A DNA stretch of 63,757 bases, filler included, from an uncultured Candidatus Sumerlaeota bacterium (GTDB lineage: Bacteria; CAYMEV01), in the NCBI GenBank assembly GCA_964389675.1. It is 4 parts of 4 records of this genome, joined end to end, with 100 filler letters (N's around TTAATTAATTAA, not from the genome) between each part and the next. Parts side by side here need not be neighbours in the genome. Positions count along the whole stretch, not along the records: positions 1 to 17,750 come from CAYMEV010000035.1; positions 17,851 to 34,320 come from CAYMEV010000036.1; 2 more parts are not named here. One strand, given 5' to 3'. Below are positions 9,962-19,116 of this stretch, one piece after another. The stretch's first letter is position 1. Every line of letters starts with the position of its first letter. The position numbers and the translations under genes are program-made. The notes beneath the pieces were generated by a model. The model was not told the origin of the DNA and searched no databases. It worked only from the letters and a program-made list of their open reading frames with translations.

Positions 9962-10705
9962 CTACATCTTCCTGTAGATATTATAAATCTCTGCCACTTC
10001 TTCACCGCTTAAAGGCCTGTCATATACCAGTACTTCATCTATCATTCCCAGAAAGCATTCAGGGTACATATCATTTGAAGGGTTGTTCCCTATAGCCAGA
10101 TTATTGGTGCTGTTGTCATATTCAATCTCTTCCAGATGAAAAGCCTCATCATTTATGTAAAAGGTGATCCCCTTTTCCGGGTCAAATACAGCGCATATGA
10201 ACTGCCACTGGCCAATTAAAGCATCTATGCCCGTATCAACTATATCTGCATTATTAAATACAAACCATTTTCCCTCTTCTATAAGCACGGACCAGTCAAA
10301 CCCGGAATTGTCAGTGCTTATCGCCTGCCTTCTCTCTGCCCCTTCATGCTCATAGGGAAGGACAAATGCGCAGAAGGTCGCGCCTGTATTGCCCTCATCC
10401 TGGTCTATCATTATCTTTGTCCTTATTATGGCGCTTTCCTGTGTAAATTCAACTGCATTGCCGTATTTTCCTTCCTTCCTTGAGGCTTTTTCAAGGACTC
10501 CGACAGCCTCACCCGACATGTCCCCGATATCATTCCCCTCTTTCTCCTCAAACCTCAAGTAGCATATAAGGCCCTCTTCAGGGACAAGCTCCTGCAGGCT
10601 CTTTTCCCCTTCATTCAGGGGTGCCTGTTCAGTTTCACCGGAGAATATCCCGGCTGTTAGAAAAACCGTTAATAACACATAAATGAAAATCTTTCTGATT
10701 TCCAT
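9962..10705 (-). CDS. Secreted LamG/concanavalin A-like domain protein
   Basis: Signal peptide; GKYGNAVEF, WQFICAVFD, F.GMIDEVLVYDRPLS..EV motifs. Confidence 0.85.
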   Translation of the reverse strand: MEIRKIFIYVLLTVFLTAGIFSGETEQAPLNEGEKSLQELVPEEGLICYLRFEEKEGNDIGDMSGEAVGVLEKASRKEGKYGNAVEFTQESAIIRTKIMIDQDEGNTGATFCAFVLPYEHEGAERRQAISTDNSGFDWSVLIEEGKWFVFNNADIVDTGIDALIGQWQFICAVFDPEKGITFYINDEAFHLEEIEYDNSTNNLAIGNNPSNDMYPECFLGMIDEVLVYDRPLSGEEVAEIYNIYRKM

Positions 10706-10840
10706 TCTTTCTACTCCTTTTTTGTTTTAGTGATCCTATTATACAACCAAAAAAATACCTGCAGAATAAAAATATTTAATTTATTTTTATTTAGAAAATA
10801 TGTTAATATTTCTACATAAACCATAAAACGGAGGCCTTAA

Positions 10841-11467
10841 ATGGAGCTGATACAAAAAGACAGGGACACACTTCTCTATACTTCCCGCCCTGTAATGAAA
10901 CTGCTTGCCATACTGACCCTGGCAGGGGGGGCTTTTCTTGCCCCTTTCCCTCTACTTGCGGCACTTCTTGACAGGAAAGATATAGGGGCAGGAAACCTTC
11001 TGGCAGGCCTGATCATCTTCTCGGCCTTCTTTTTATCTGCCGCCATAATGTATGGATATATAAATGAGATCGAGTTCAAAAGGTCAGGCAATCAGATAAA
11101 GGTAAAAAAGACAAAAGGCTGGTATTTCCATAAAAAGGCCATAATGCATGATATTTCTGAATTTGCCTCTCTGAATATCTATATATATACAGATATAGTA
11201 GTGAAGAATAATCCCGGCCCTGTATACAGGAGCGTCCCTATGAATGACGGAAAGCTGTACGGCAGGTTCGTAAAAAACAAGATAACACTGTATCTCAAAG
11301 GCAAAACAGAAAACAGAAACCTGACCATAATCCCCTCTGAAGAATTCACCCTGATAGACAGATATAAGGAGACAGCGCTTAAGATAGCAAACTTCACCAG
11401 GCTTCCCATTATCACAGAAAAGAATATGGATGACTACCAGGTAGCGAAAAAACTGCATAATTTCTGA
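10841..11467 (+). CDS. Hypothetical protein with two N-terminal TM helices
   Basis: ORF with GGAGG RBS; two hydrophobic segments. Confidence 0.7.
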   Translation: MELIQKDRDTLLYTSRPVMKLLAILTLAGGAFLAPFPLLAALLDRKDIGAGNLLAGLIIFSAFFLSAAIMYGYINEIEFKRSGNQIKVKKTKGWYFHKKAIMHDISEFASLNIYIYTDIVVKNNPGPVYRSVPMNDGKLYGRFVKNKITLYLKGKTENRNLTIIPSEEFTLIDRYKETALKIANFTRLPIITEKNMDDYQVAKKLHNF

Positions 11468-11610
11468 TATATCCCTTAACATCCCTGAATATAATATCTT
11501 GCTTATTTCTTATATTGTACAACAAGAGTCTTTTCCGGGTTTTTTCTTGCGATATGCTGTATTGTCTGTTATCGTATACATGACCTTAATAAAACCCAGA
11601 AGGAGAAACC

Positions 11611-12918
11611 TTGAAAAAATACATAATACTTTTCTTTGTCCTTATTATTATTGCCGTAATATCCTATTATTCCCTTTTTATTAAGAATGACCGCCCAATG
11701 AATATAGTATATATTGTCTCTGACTGCCTGAGGGCTGACCGTCTCAGCTCAAGCGGGTACCACAGGGAACTGGCACCCTTCCTTGACAAACTGGCTGGTG
11801 AAGGAACACTGGTCAAAAACACATATTCGCACTGTTCATGGACGCTTCCGTCAATGGTGTCCCACTTAACCGGGATAAACCAGATAGCTGCATATAAGCT
11901 TGCATATGCTCTCTCCCCTGACCTGCCATTTATATCTGAAATACTGTCAGAGGAAGGCTATAATACATACATGATATCAGCAAACCCTCTTCTTACCGGG
12001 AGGTGGAATTTTATCCAGGGATTTGATGTCTATAAATATATAGACAGCCATGACGGTATGGATGTCAACAAAGCGATAGAAGAGCTATGCAGTGGGATCA
12101 AAGAGCCATTTTTTCTCTATGTTCATTATATGGATCCCCATACACCCTATGACCCTCCTGATGAGTTCCTTAAAAAGATAGGCCCTTCATTAGAAGCTGA
12201 AGCTATCAGGTTTGACAACCTCAAGGACCATAATCTCTCAAAAAATGACCTCCAGGCCGGTATTGACAGCTATGACGGCGAGGTCATGTATCAGGACCAT
12301 CTGATCTCCAGCGCCTGTGCAATGCTTGATAAAGACTTTGCTGATGATATTTTATATATCATCACAGCAGACCATGGCGATGAATTCGGCGATCATGGAG
12401 GGACCGGGCATGGAGTTACCCTCTATAATGAAGTGATAAAGGTGCCCCTCATATTTCACAGCCCAGGTACCGTCCCTTCAGGAGAAGTGATTCAGGAGCC
12501 TGCCCAGGTGATAGATATAGTCCCGACTATACTTGATATTGCCGGTATCGGATACAATAAGGATGATTACGAGGGATGCTCCATCTTCTCAGATGACAGG
12601 GGCAATTTCGAATCCTATGCATCTGTGATTAAGACAACCACACCATGCGGAAGCATAATCACAGATGAATGGAAATATATTCACAGCTTTGAAAGCGAAG
12701 ACCATGAGCTTTATAACCTGAAAAAAGACCCGCTGGAAAAGGCCAATCTGATCGATAAATTCCCAAAAATTGCAGAGAACCTTAAAATCCGCCTTCTTGA
12801 ATATAACAGCGAAAGCAAAGACAGCTATGACTATCCAGAACCCGCAGGCCCAAAAAAGAAGGGCCCCGACACAGAAAGGCTCGAGGAAAGGATAAAGGCC
12901 CTCGGATATATACTGTAA
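11611..12918 (+). CDS. Sulfatase-like alkaline phosphatase superfamily protein (membrane-anchored)
   Basis: DCLRAD, WTLPS, HYMDPHTPYDPP, TADHG, DIVPTILD, ELYNL..DPLE, ALGYI; TTG start after AGGAG. Confidence 0.9.
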   Translation: MKKYIILFFVLIIIAVISYYSLFIKNDRPMNIVYIVSDCLRADRLSSSGYHRELAPFLDKLAGEGTLVKNTYSHCSWTLPSMVSHLTGINQIAAYKLAYALSPDLPFISEILSEEGYNTYMISANPLLTGRWNFIQGFDVYKYIDSHDGMDVNKAIEELCSGIKEPFFLYVHYMDPHTPYDPPDEFLKKIGPSLEAEAIRFDNLKDHNLSKNDLQAGIDSYDGEVMYQDHLISSACAMLDKDFADDILYIITADHGDEFGDHGGTGHGVTLYNEVIKVPLIFHSPGTVPSGEVIQEPAQVIDIVPTILDIAGIGYNKDDYEGCSIFSDDRGNFESYASVIKTTTPCGSIITDEWKYIHSFESEDHELYNLKKDPLEKANLIDKFPKIAENLKIRLLEYNSESKDSYDYPEPAGPKKKGPDTERLEERIKALGYIL

Positions 12919-13147
12919 ATCGATTGAGCCAGGCAATCCCTGTATTTTTTAAATACCCCCATTGCATCTGTGTCATTTAGTAATTATCCTTTGGATGAAT
13001 GTGCTGTCCCTGACAATATCACAGGCATCATGAAATCCGTTTAATAATAAGCTGACTGTATCACGCTCTCATTTTGTATTGCTGAGAGCTTTAATAAGGC
13101 ATTCTGTATTTACAAAATTAATTATATAAAAAAATTAAATTTCCCTC

Positions 13148-13194
13148 TTGACAAATAGTGTATTACTGTTATATTTAACTATAACAGTGATACA
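13148..13194 (+). promoter_or_regulatory. Sigma70-type promoter overlapped by a GntR/YtrA-type operator
   Basis: TTGACA 13148-13153 and TATATT 13170-13175; inverted repeat TGTATTACTGTTATA-N6-TATAACAGTGATACA (13159-13194, one mismatch). Confidence 0.8.
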
Positions 13195-13214
13195 ATCTAC
13201 AAAGGAGGCTGAAT

Positions 13215-13601
13215 ATGATAATCGAGTTAAATCCCCACAGCCAGCTGCCACTGTACCGCCAGCTCATTGACCAGATAATCTACCGTATAGCTGCAGGGAG
13301 TATTTCCAGTAATGAGAGACTGCCCTCAATACGTGATCTTTCCTCATCCCTGCGCATCAATCCCAATACTGTCATCAAAGCATACCGAGAGCTTGAGTAT
13401 CTCGGGTATGCATATTCTGAGCATGGTACGGGCTACTTTATCACAGATAACGGCATCAGTCTGGCAAAGAAGCAATGGCAGGAGAAAATAATGAGAGATT
13501 TGAAGAATTCTGTAATACAGGCCCTTTCACTGGGTATAACAAAGGGCAAAATTATTGAAATAATTAATTCTGCAGAAAAAGGAGGGGAAAATGAGCAATA
13601 A
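13215..13601 (+). CDS. GntR family regulator, YtrA subfamily
   Basis: PLYRQL, LPSIRDL, INPNTVIKAYRELE, G.GYFI; short C-terminus; heads an ABC operon. Confidence 0.92.
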   Translation: MIIELNPHSQLPLYRQLIDQIIYRIAAGSISSNERLPSIRDLSSSLRINPNTVIKAYRELEYLGYAYSEHGTGYFITDNGISLAKKQWQEKIMRDLKNSVIQALSLGITKGKIIEIINSAEKGGENEQ

Positions 13602-14487
13602 TATAATTGAAGTAAAAAACCTTGAAAGAAATTACGGAAGGCTTAAGGCTGTCAGGGGACTGAGCCTGTCTGTCCCCGAAGGCAGTATAACAGGCATGCT
13701 TGGCCCCAACGGCGCTGGAAAAACAACCACCCTTCACATACTCATAGGTATCTTAAGGCGCCATGGCGGACAGGTATCGGTTATGGGCCATGATCCAGAG
13801 CAGGAGCCCGTCGCAGTCAAAAAAGACACAGGCTTTGTAATGGAGAGTCCCAGGGGAGAGCCGAGATTTACAGTAAAACAGCAGTTGAAATTCCATAAGG
13901 CATTCAGGCCTGGATGGAGTGATGCCTTCGAAGAAGAGCTCCTTGGCCTCTTCAGCCTGAAAAAGGACAAACCTGTATATGCATTAAGCAGGGGAGAGCA
14001 GGCCAAACTTGCCCTGATCTGCGCCCTTGCATTCAAACCCAGGCTCCTTATACTGGATGACCCGACAAGCGGCCTTGACCCCCTGGCAAGGAGGGAATTC
14101 ATTGACAGCATCATACGCATACTTGCCGAAGAAGGAAGTACCGTCCTTTTCTCAACCCACCAGGTAGATGACATTGAACGGGTAGCAGACAGGATCGTAA
14201 TGATACAGGAAGGCAGGGAAATACTCTCAGATACCCTGGAGAACATCCACCATAACTGGTGTGCCTTCAGGCTTATCTTTGATGACATCACACCGGAAGC
14301 AGTCGATATTCCGGGAATGGTGCGCTGGGACCCCATGAACAAGGAGGGAATTGCAATAATAAAAAGCTATTCAGAGCAGTCCATGTCATCAATGAAAAGC
14401 CTTGCACAGAAAGTAGTCCCCGTTGATTTCAGCCTTGAGGACATATACCTTGAGATCATAAGAGATACAACCCGGGGGGAAGAATAA
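13591..14487 (+). CDS. ABC transporter ATP-binding protein (ABC-2 type)
   Basis: GPNGAGKTT, LSRGE, LILDDPTSGLD, STH. Confidence 0.95.
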   Translation: MSNNIIEVKNLERNYGRLKAVRGLSLSVPEGSITGMLGPNGAGKTTTLHILIGILRRHGGQVSVMGHDPEQEPVAVKKDTGFVMESPRGEPRFTVKQQLKFHKAFRPGWSDAFEEELLGLFSLKKDKPVYALSRGEQAKLALICALAFKPRLLILDDPTSGLDPLARREFIDSIIRILAEEGSTVLFSTHQVDDIERVADRIVMIQEGREILSDTLENIHHNWCAFRLIFDDITPEAVDIPGMVRWDPMNKEGIAIIKSYSEQSMSSMKSLAQKVVPVDFSLEDIYLEIIRDTTRGEE

Positions 14488-16418
14488 TGAATACCAAACA
14501 GATAAAGGCTGTAACCATGCATGACTTTAAGTCATTGAAATGGCTGCTTGCAGGCTTTCTTGTAATATATGCACTTATCCTGTTGATAGCTTATTATTCA
14601 TCCAGCCGATGGATAAGCTCATGGATAAGCGTGAGTGATTTCAGGATATATTTCCATTTGCTGTGGGGCATAATCATTGCCTCAGGCATTCTCACAAGGG
14701 ACAGGCGGATAGGTATAAAGCCATGGCTGGATGCAATGCCAGTAAAGCATTCATCCATTCTCGCTGTCCGTTTCATAACCAGGCTCATTACTGTAATAGT
14801 CGGCCCGGTTATCTTTTTTCTGATAACCCTCCTCTTAAAAGAATATATGTACCTTTCTACTTACCATACTTTTTACACAAGTAACCCGGAATATCCCATT
14901 ATGATAGCAGTTTCTGCATACAGCCTTGCCGCTGTCTTTGCCGTCAGGGCAAAATCGCAGAGCAGTGCCATGGGCACAGGCCTTTTAGCCTTTATAATCC
15001 TTTCAGCCCTTATTCAGCTGCCCAGGGTTATAAACCCGATATTCTGTCTTTCCTACATGCCGTACTCTGTTACTTATTTCCTGACAGTTATCCTTCTGTT
15101 ATGCTGTTTCTTTATAATTCTTAATAGTGGATCTATCCCGGACGTGCAGGACAGAATCTACTGGCGTAAAGCAGCAATAATATTTTTTGCAGGATTCATC
15201 TGTGTCCTTATTGCTGGAGGAGTTGCATATTCCATGATAAAAAACCTTCCTGCAGAGAAGATGCATCTTACAAGATATATGTCAGCAGTTGCTGGGGATA
15301 AAGAGGCATGCATTATCAGGGGCACTCCCAAGTTTTTTCGTATGCCTTATAAGCGTGATTTAGTCTACCTTTATATGGCAAGCAGTCAGGGCATTAGAAA
15401 TATAGGTATTTTTAGGAATTACGTAACTAATGTGTCCCCCAATGGCAATTTCTTTGCCCACACGGACGGTATATATGATATCAAAGGAAAAAGAATTATA
15501 CCTGGTTTTCCCCAATGGGGTTCTGTATATCATACCAGCGCAAAATGGTCGCCTGACTCCAGGCATTTTGCCTTAAATATTAATGATTTTTATTCTAATG
15601 ACGAAATGATCAGATTTGTATCCCTTGAGGACCCTGAAAAAAACCTGGTATGGAAACCTGCAGAAAATTTAAAGGATATCCATATCATAACCTGGATTGA
15701 TAACAGCAGTATCGTTATTGCTGCAGGCGCAGAAGACTCCTATAAGCTCATCACAGTTGATATAAGCCTCGAAAGCAGGGCTGTCTATGAAGGCAGGCTT
15801 GCAAAAGGAAAAGTCTATAATGAGATGCGCTTCAGAATATTCTTTAATTCAGAAGACAAGAGCATATTTGTCCTGGAGGAAACAGATAACCCTGATGAAT
15901 ACCACATAAAAGAAGTCTTTCTCCTGCAGGATAAGGTGCTCAGCCACGGTATGGGGAAAAGGTGCAACGGCTATCTATTCCACTCTGATTTTATGGCCGT
16001 ATTCATAACGGACAATCAGCCAGAAGGGGATATTGTGATCAAGACTGTTAATCTCAGGGATGGGCAGGAGTCTTATTATTATCCGTCTAATCTCACTAAC
16101 GATGTCGCTATATTCTTTCGGAACGAAGATTTTATATACTGGGTAAAAATCTCGCCCAATGGCAGATACATGGCCTTCAGGGACGATTCCATGATCCTTC
16201 AGTTGCTTGACCTGGAAAAGGGAGATATCTCAATAATCAACAGAGATGTTGTTTTTGACTTCCTCTGGACCAGCAGTAACAATATGTTTGTTCATTCATT
16301 TCCCAGGGACCATGTGCGATACATCATGGAGGAGAGTATCTCATATTATGATACTGAAAATGCTAAATGGACAGAGATATCCCATTATAAGCAGAAAATA
16401 AAGGAGGAAGAAAAATGA
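14487..16418 (+). CDS. ABC-2-type permease with C-terminal TolB/WD40-like beta-propeller
   Basis: About 7 TM helices followed by VSPNG, WSPDSR, ISPNGR repeats; translationally coupled. Confidence 0.75.
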   Translation: MNTKQIKAVTMHDFKSLKWLLAGFLVIYALILLIAYYSSSRWISSWISVSDFRIYFHLLWGIIIASGILTRDRRIGIKPWLDAMPVKHSSILAVRFITRLITVIVGPVIFFLITLLLKEYMYLSTYHTFYTSNPEYPIMIAVSAYSLAAVFAVRAKSQSSAMGTGLLAFIILSALIQLPRVINPIFCLSYMPYSVTYFLTVILLLCCFFIILNSGSIPDVQDRIYWRKAAIIFFAGFICVLIAGGVAYSMIKNLPAEKMHLTRYMSAVAGDKEACIIRGTPKFFRMPYKRDLVYLYMASSQGIRNIGIFRNYVTNVSPNGNFFAHTDGIYDIKGKRIIPGFPQWGSVYHTSAKWSPDSRHFALNINDFYSNDEMIRFVSLEDPEKNLVWKPAENLKDIHIITWIDNSSIVIAAGAEDSYKLITVDISLESRAVYEGRLAKGKVYNEMRFRIFFNSEDKSIFVLEETDNPDEYHIKEVFLLQDKVLSHGMGKRCNGYLFHSDFMAVFITDNQPEGDIVIKTVNLRDGQESYYYPSNLTNDVAIFFRNEDFIYWVKISPNGRYMAFRDDSMILQLLDLEKGDISIINRDVVFDFLWTSSNNMFVHSFPRDHVRYIMEESISYYDTENAKWTEISHYKQKIKEEEK

Positions 16419-17128
16419 ACAGAAATATGGTATTTAGCATCCTAAGGCTTGAATACTCACATCTGAAATATGTAATGGCCTTTCTATTACTGTTTCCTCT
16501 AATATTATTAGGCATTCGCTATCTTCCGATGGGTATTCTCGATCTATTAGGAATTGTCTCTTTCAGGCTTACAGTTATGCATCCATTAATTCCTCTGCTT
16601 GCAGCACTTCTGCTCGGATCAGGCATGATCAGCGAGGACGTAGAGAACAATACCCTCCTTAATCTGCTTGCCCTCCCCATAAAGAGAAGCCGGCTCTGGG
16701 CAGTCCGCCAGCTTTCCCGTGGATCTTTGCTATGTCTTGTTATTCTTTTTTGGTATATCTTTACCAGCTGGATAATGAAAGCGTATAACAGATCACCTGT
16801 TGAGTTTGATAAGGCTATATTGCATGTTCTCGCTGCAGGGCTTATCTATGCATTAAGCTCTGTATTCTCCATCATGATGGAGAATAATTTTTCCTCGATC
16901 CTCGCAGGTTTCAGTGGCGGGCTGGTGACAATATTCATTATCAGGAAAAGCCCTCTTGCCTATCCCCATTATGAATGGCTTCTGCTGTCTGCAATAATAT
17001 ACTTTCTTATTGTTTCTCTTGACCTTTTTACCTGCGGCCATCCGTTAGGGTTCCGCAGCCTGTACAAGCGCTTTGCCCTATGGGTAATACTCTTTTTAGG
17101 CCTTTTATACATACCCTGTATATTCTAA
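16415..17128 (+). CDS. ABC-2-type permease subunit
   Basis: ISEDVENNTLLNLLALPIKRSRL motif; multiple TM helices. Confidence 0.85.
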   Translation: MNRNMVFSILRLEYSHLKYVMAFLLLFPLILLGIRYLPMGILDLLGIVSFRLTVMHPLIPLLAALLLGSGMISEDVENNTLLNLLALPIKRSRLWAVRQLSRGSLLCLVILFWYIFTSWIMKAYNRSPVEFDKAILHVLAAGLIYALSSVFSIMMENNFSSILAGFSGGLVTIFIIRKSPLAYPHYEWLLLSAIIYFLIVSLDLFTCGHPLGFRSLYKRFALWVILFLGLLYIPCIF

Positions 17129-17133
17129 CTTCA

Positions 17134-17155
17134 TGGCCCCGGTTATCCGGGGCCA
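17134..17155. terminator. Hairpin between convergent genes
   Basis: TGGCCCCGG-TTAT-CCGGGGCCA, perfect 9-bp stem. Confidence 0.7.
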
Positions 17156-17158
17156 GCC

Positions 17159-17401
17159 CTACCTGCCCTTCTTCAGCCATTTCTTTATATCCCTGATAAA
17201 CCCAAGGGAAAAGAAATATATGACCTGAAAAACAATCTGTACCACCATGGAATACCTTCCCCCGAAGTCAGTAATAAAAAGGAGTATTACGCTGAATGCA
17301 CCCATGCAAAGAGCAATTGCAGATGATCTATACTCATACATGCCTACCCTGTAAAAGAATATAAAAAAGCAGAGAGCAATAAATAATCCAAAATAATCCA
17401 T
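17159..17401 (-). CDS. Small hypothetical membrane protein
   Basis: 80 aa, three hydrophobic segments, basic C-terminus. Confidence 0.55.
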   Translation of the reverse strand: MDYFGLFIALCFFIFFYRVGMYEYRSSAIALCMGAFSVILLFITDFGGRYSMVVQIVFQVIYFFSLGFIRDIKKWLKKGR

Positions 17402-17750
17402 GATAAATAATTAAATCAAGATCCAGATTATTTCCAGAATTTTATTCTACCAGTCACATCTCTGCCTTAAAGCTTTCTCTAAGGAATCTATAAGCATGCT
17501 CCATTCTGCCCTTGCTTTATTAAGCCCAGCCTGTGTCTCCAGAGGGACATAGCTGGTATGCGGCATAGGCTTGCCGGTTGAATGTATTACCCTGAATACA
17601 GGTGATCGTATCTCGACTCTTACCATATAATCCCGTATAGACAGATCAATAGTCTAGCCCTGTATCTCTGAAGCCCCTCAGAATATTCAAAAACGATTTG
17701 CCTGCAATCTTGCCCGATTCTTTATCCTGCAATTCATTTACTGATTCTGC

Positions 17751-17850
17751 NNNNNNNNNNNNNNNNNNNNNNNNNNNNNNNNNNNNNNNNNNNNTTAATT
17801 AATTAANNNNNNNNNNNNNNNNNNNNNNNNNNNNNNNNNNNNNNNNNNNN
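17751..17850. other. Artificial contig linker
   Basis: N44-TTAATTAATTAA-N44 (six-frame stop spacer). Confidence 0.97.
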
Positions 17851-18320
17851 CTGGTGGGAGCAAATACTGCCATAAGATTTATATTGTAATTGGGCATTTC
17901 AAATGAATTTACAGCAGTAGATCATTGTCATGGTGGGGAAGTTTATGGCTGGCATGTGGTTAAGAAAGGTACCAGGGATGCTGCCTTAGAACACATAATT
18001 CAGGCATTAGAGAAATACTGGCATGGGTCAAGGGCTAATTGCGCCAGAGGCCTTCAGTTTAGAATGGATAAGGGATGCCAGTATACAATAGATCACTTTA
18101 TTAATCAGATCTGATACTGGGGAATTACCCCCAGCTTTGGGTACCCGAGAGAACCAGAAACCAATGGAGCTGTGGAACGCTTCAACAGAACATTGAAAGA
18201 ACAGGTAATATATAGAATGGCCTATCGCAATTTGCAGGATTCCCGGAGGCTATAGGAACATTTATTGATGGCTATAATAATCATTGGATGCTGGAGAAAA
18301 ATGGATATCTATCTCCTATT
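17851..18320 (+). pseudogene. IS3-family transposase (integrase core) remnant
   Basis: AVDHC..EVYGWHV..LQFRMDKGCQY..FINQI*YWGITPSFGYPREPETNGAVERFNRTLKEQ; in-frame TGA at 18112-18114; then a frameshift to AIGTFIDGYNNHWMLEKNGYLSP. Confidence 0.85.
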
Positions 18321-18330
18321 GAGAAAAGGA

Positions 18331-18978
18331 ATGAATTTAATGTCTTTAGCTGTTTTTTTATCAGCTTCTAGTTTTGCCTTAGAGCATCATCATATATTTA
18401 TTTGGGAACAAGATGCTTGTGGGCATTACTTTGTAAATGGCATATTTGTTGAGATCACAGTTGATGATGAAGATTCTGTGGAGCTGATACTATCAGAGAC
18501 TAATAGCTGGCAATATGATGGAGAAGGATTTTCAGTAAATTATGATGCAGTCAGCCAGATTTTAGATGTTAACTTTGCCAATTTTCAATATAGTTATTTT
18601 AATGATGTATTTAATCCGATTCCTGGAATGATGGTAAAAACATGCAAATATTATTTGAACGGGGAAGAACTATTTTCTCAAAAACTTGTTTACACAAATG
18701 CTGGAGAAGAAGATATATTAAACTCAATCAGCGGGCATGTAGAAGGCTTTAAGTATAAGCTTACATCAGATAATCAGTATGTATATTTCCCTGAGATTAA
18801 TGCTGATGTATATGTACAATGGAATTCCTCTGGACAGCCCTGCAAATTAAAATGGTATTCAACTGGAGATGAATCTATAATCAATAATATAATAGATATA
18901 GATGATTTGCCAAAGGATAATTTTATTTCTTTGTCAGCACAAGAGTATGATATACGTGGTAATTTCCATATTGATTAA
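18331..18978 (+). CDS. Hypothetical, possibly secreted protein; 5' end abuts the IS remnant
   Basis: The ORF-track start at 18265 lies inside the transposase remnant; ATG 18331 precedes a signal-like LMSLAVFLSASSFA; low GC. Confidence 0.55.
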   Translation: MNLMSLAVFLSASSFALEHHHIFIWEQDACGHYFVNGIFVEITVDDEDSVELILSETNSWQYDGEGFSVNYDAVSQILDVNFANFQYSYFNDVFNPIPGMMVKTCKYYLNGEELFSQKLVYTNAGEEDILNSISGHVEGFKYKLTSDNQYVYFPEINADVYVQWNSSGQPCKLKWYSTGDESIINNIIDIDDLPKDNFISLSAQEYDIRGNFHID

Positions 18979-19116
18979 AAAGCGCTGCAAAAAATCCTAT
19001 CACCTTATTAATATCTCAAAGCTCTGAATAATGTACAGGCTCAAAAAGTGCTTATATAAATGCCTTAAATTCAATTAAATAGATTTTATATAGAATTTAT
19101 CATGTATCGATCTTAA

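Noticed and set aside
12930..13110. Possible HEAT-repeat gene remnant on the minus strand
   Set aside because: Only a short L..G..D....VR-like match interrupted by stops; too weak to support.
17795..17806. Recurrent TTAATTAATTAA motif as a biological repeat (also in the other two linkers)
   Set aside because: Always centred in N runs of identical length, so it is an assembly spacer.
18112..18114. TGA read-through or alternative genetic code
   Set aside because: It lies in a transposase remnant that also has a frameshift; many intact genes in the window end in TGA.
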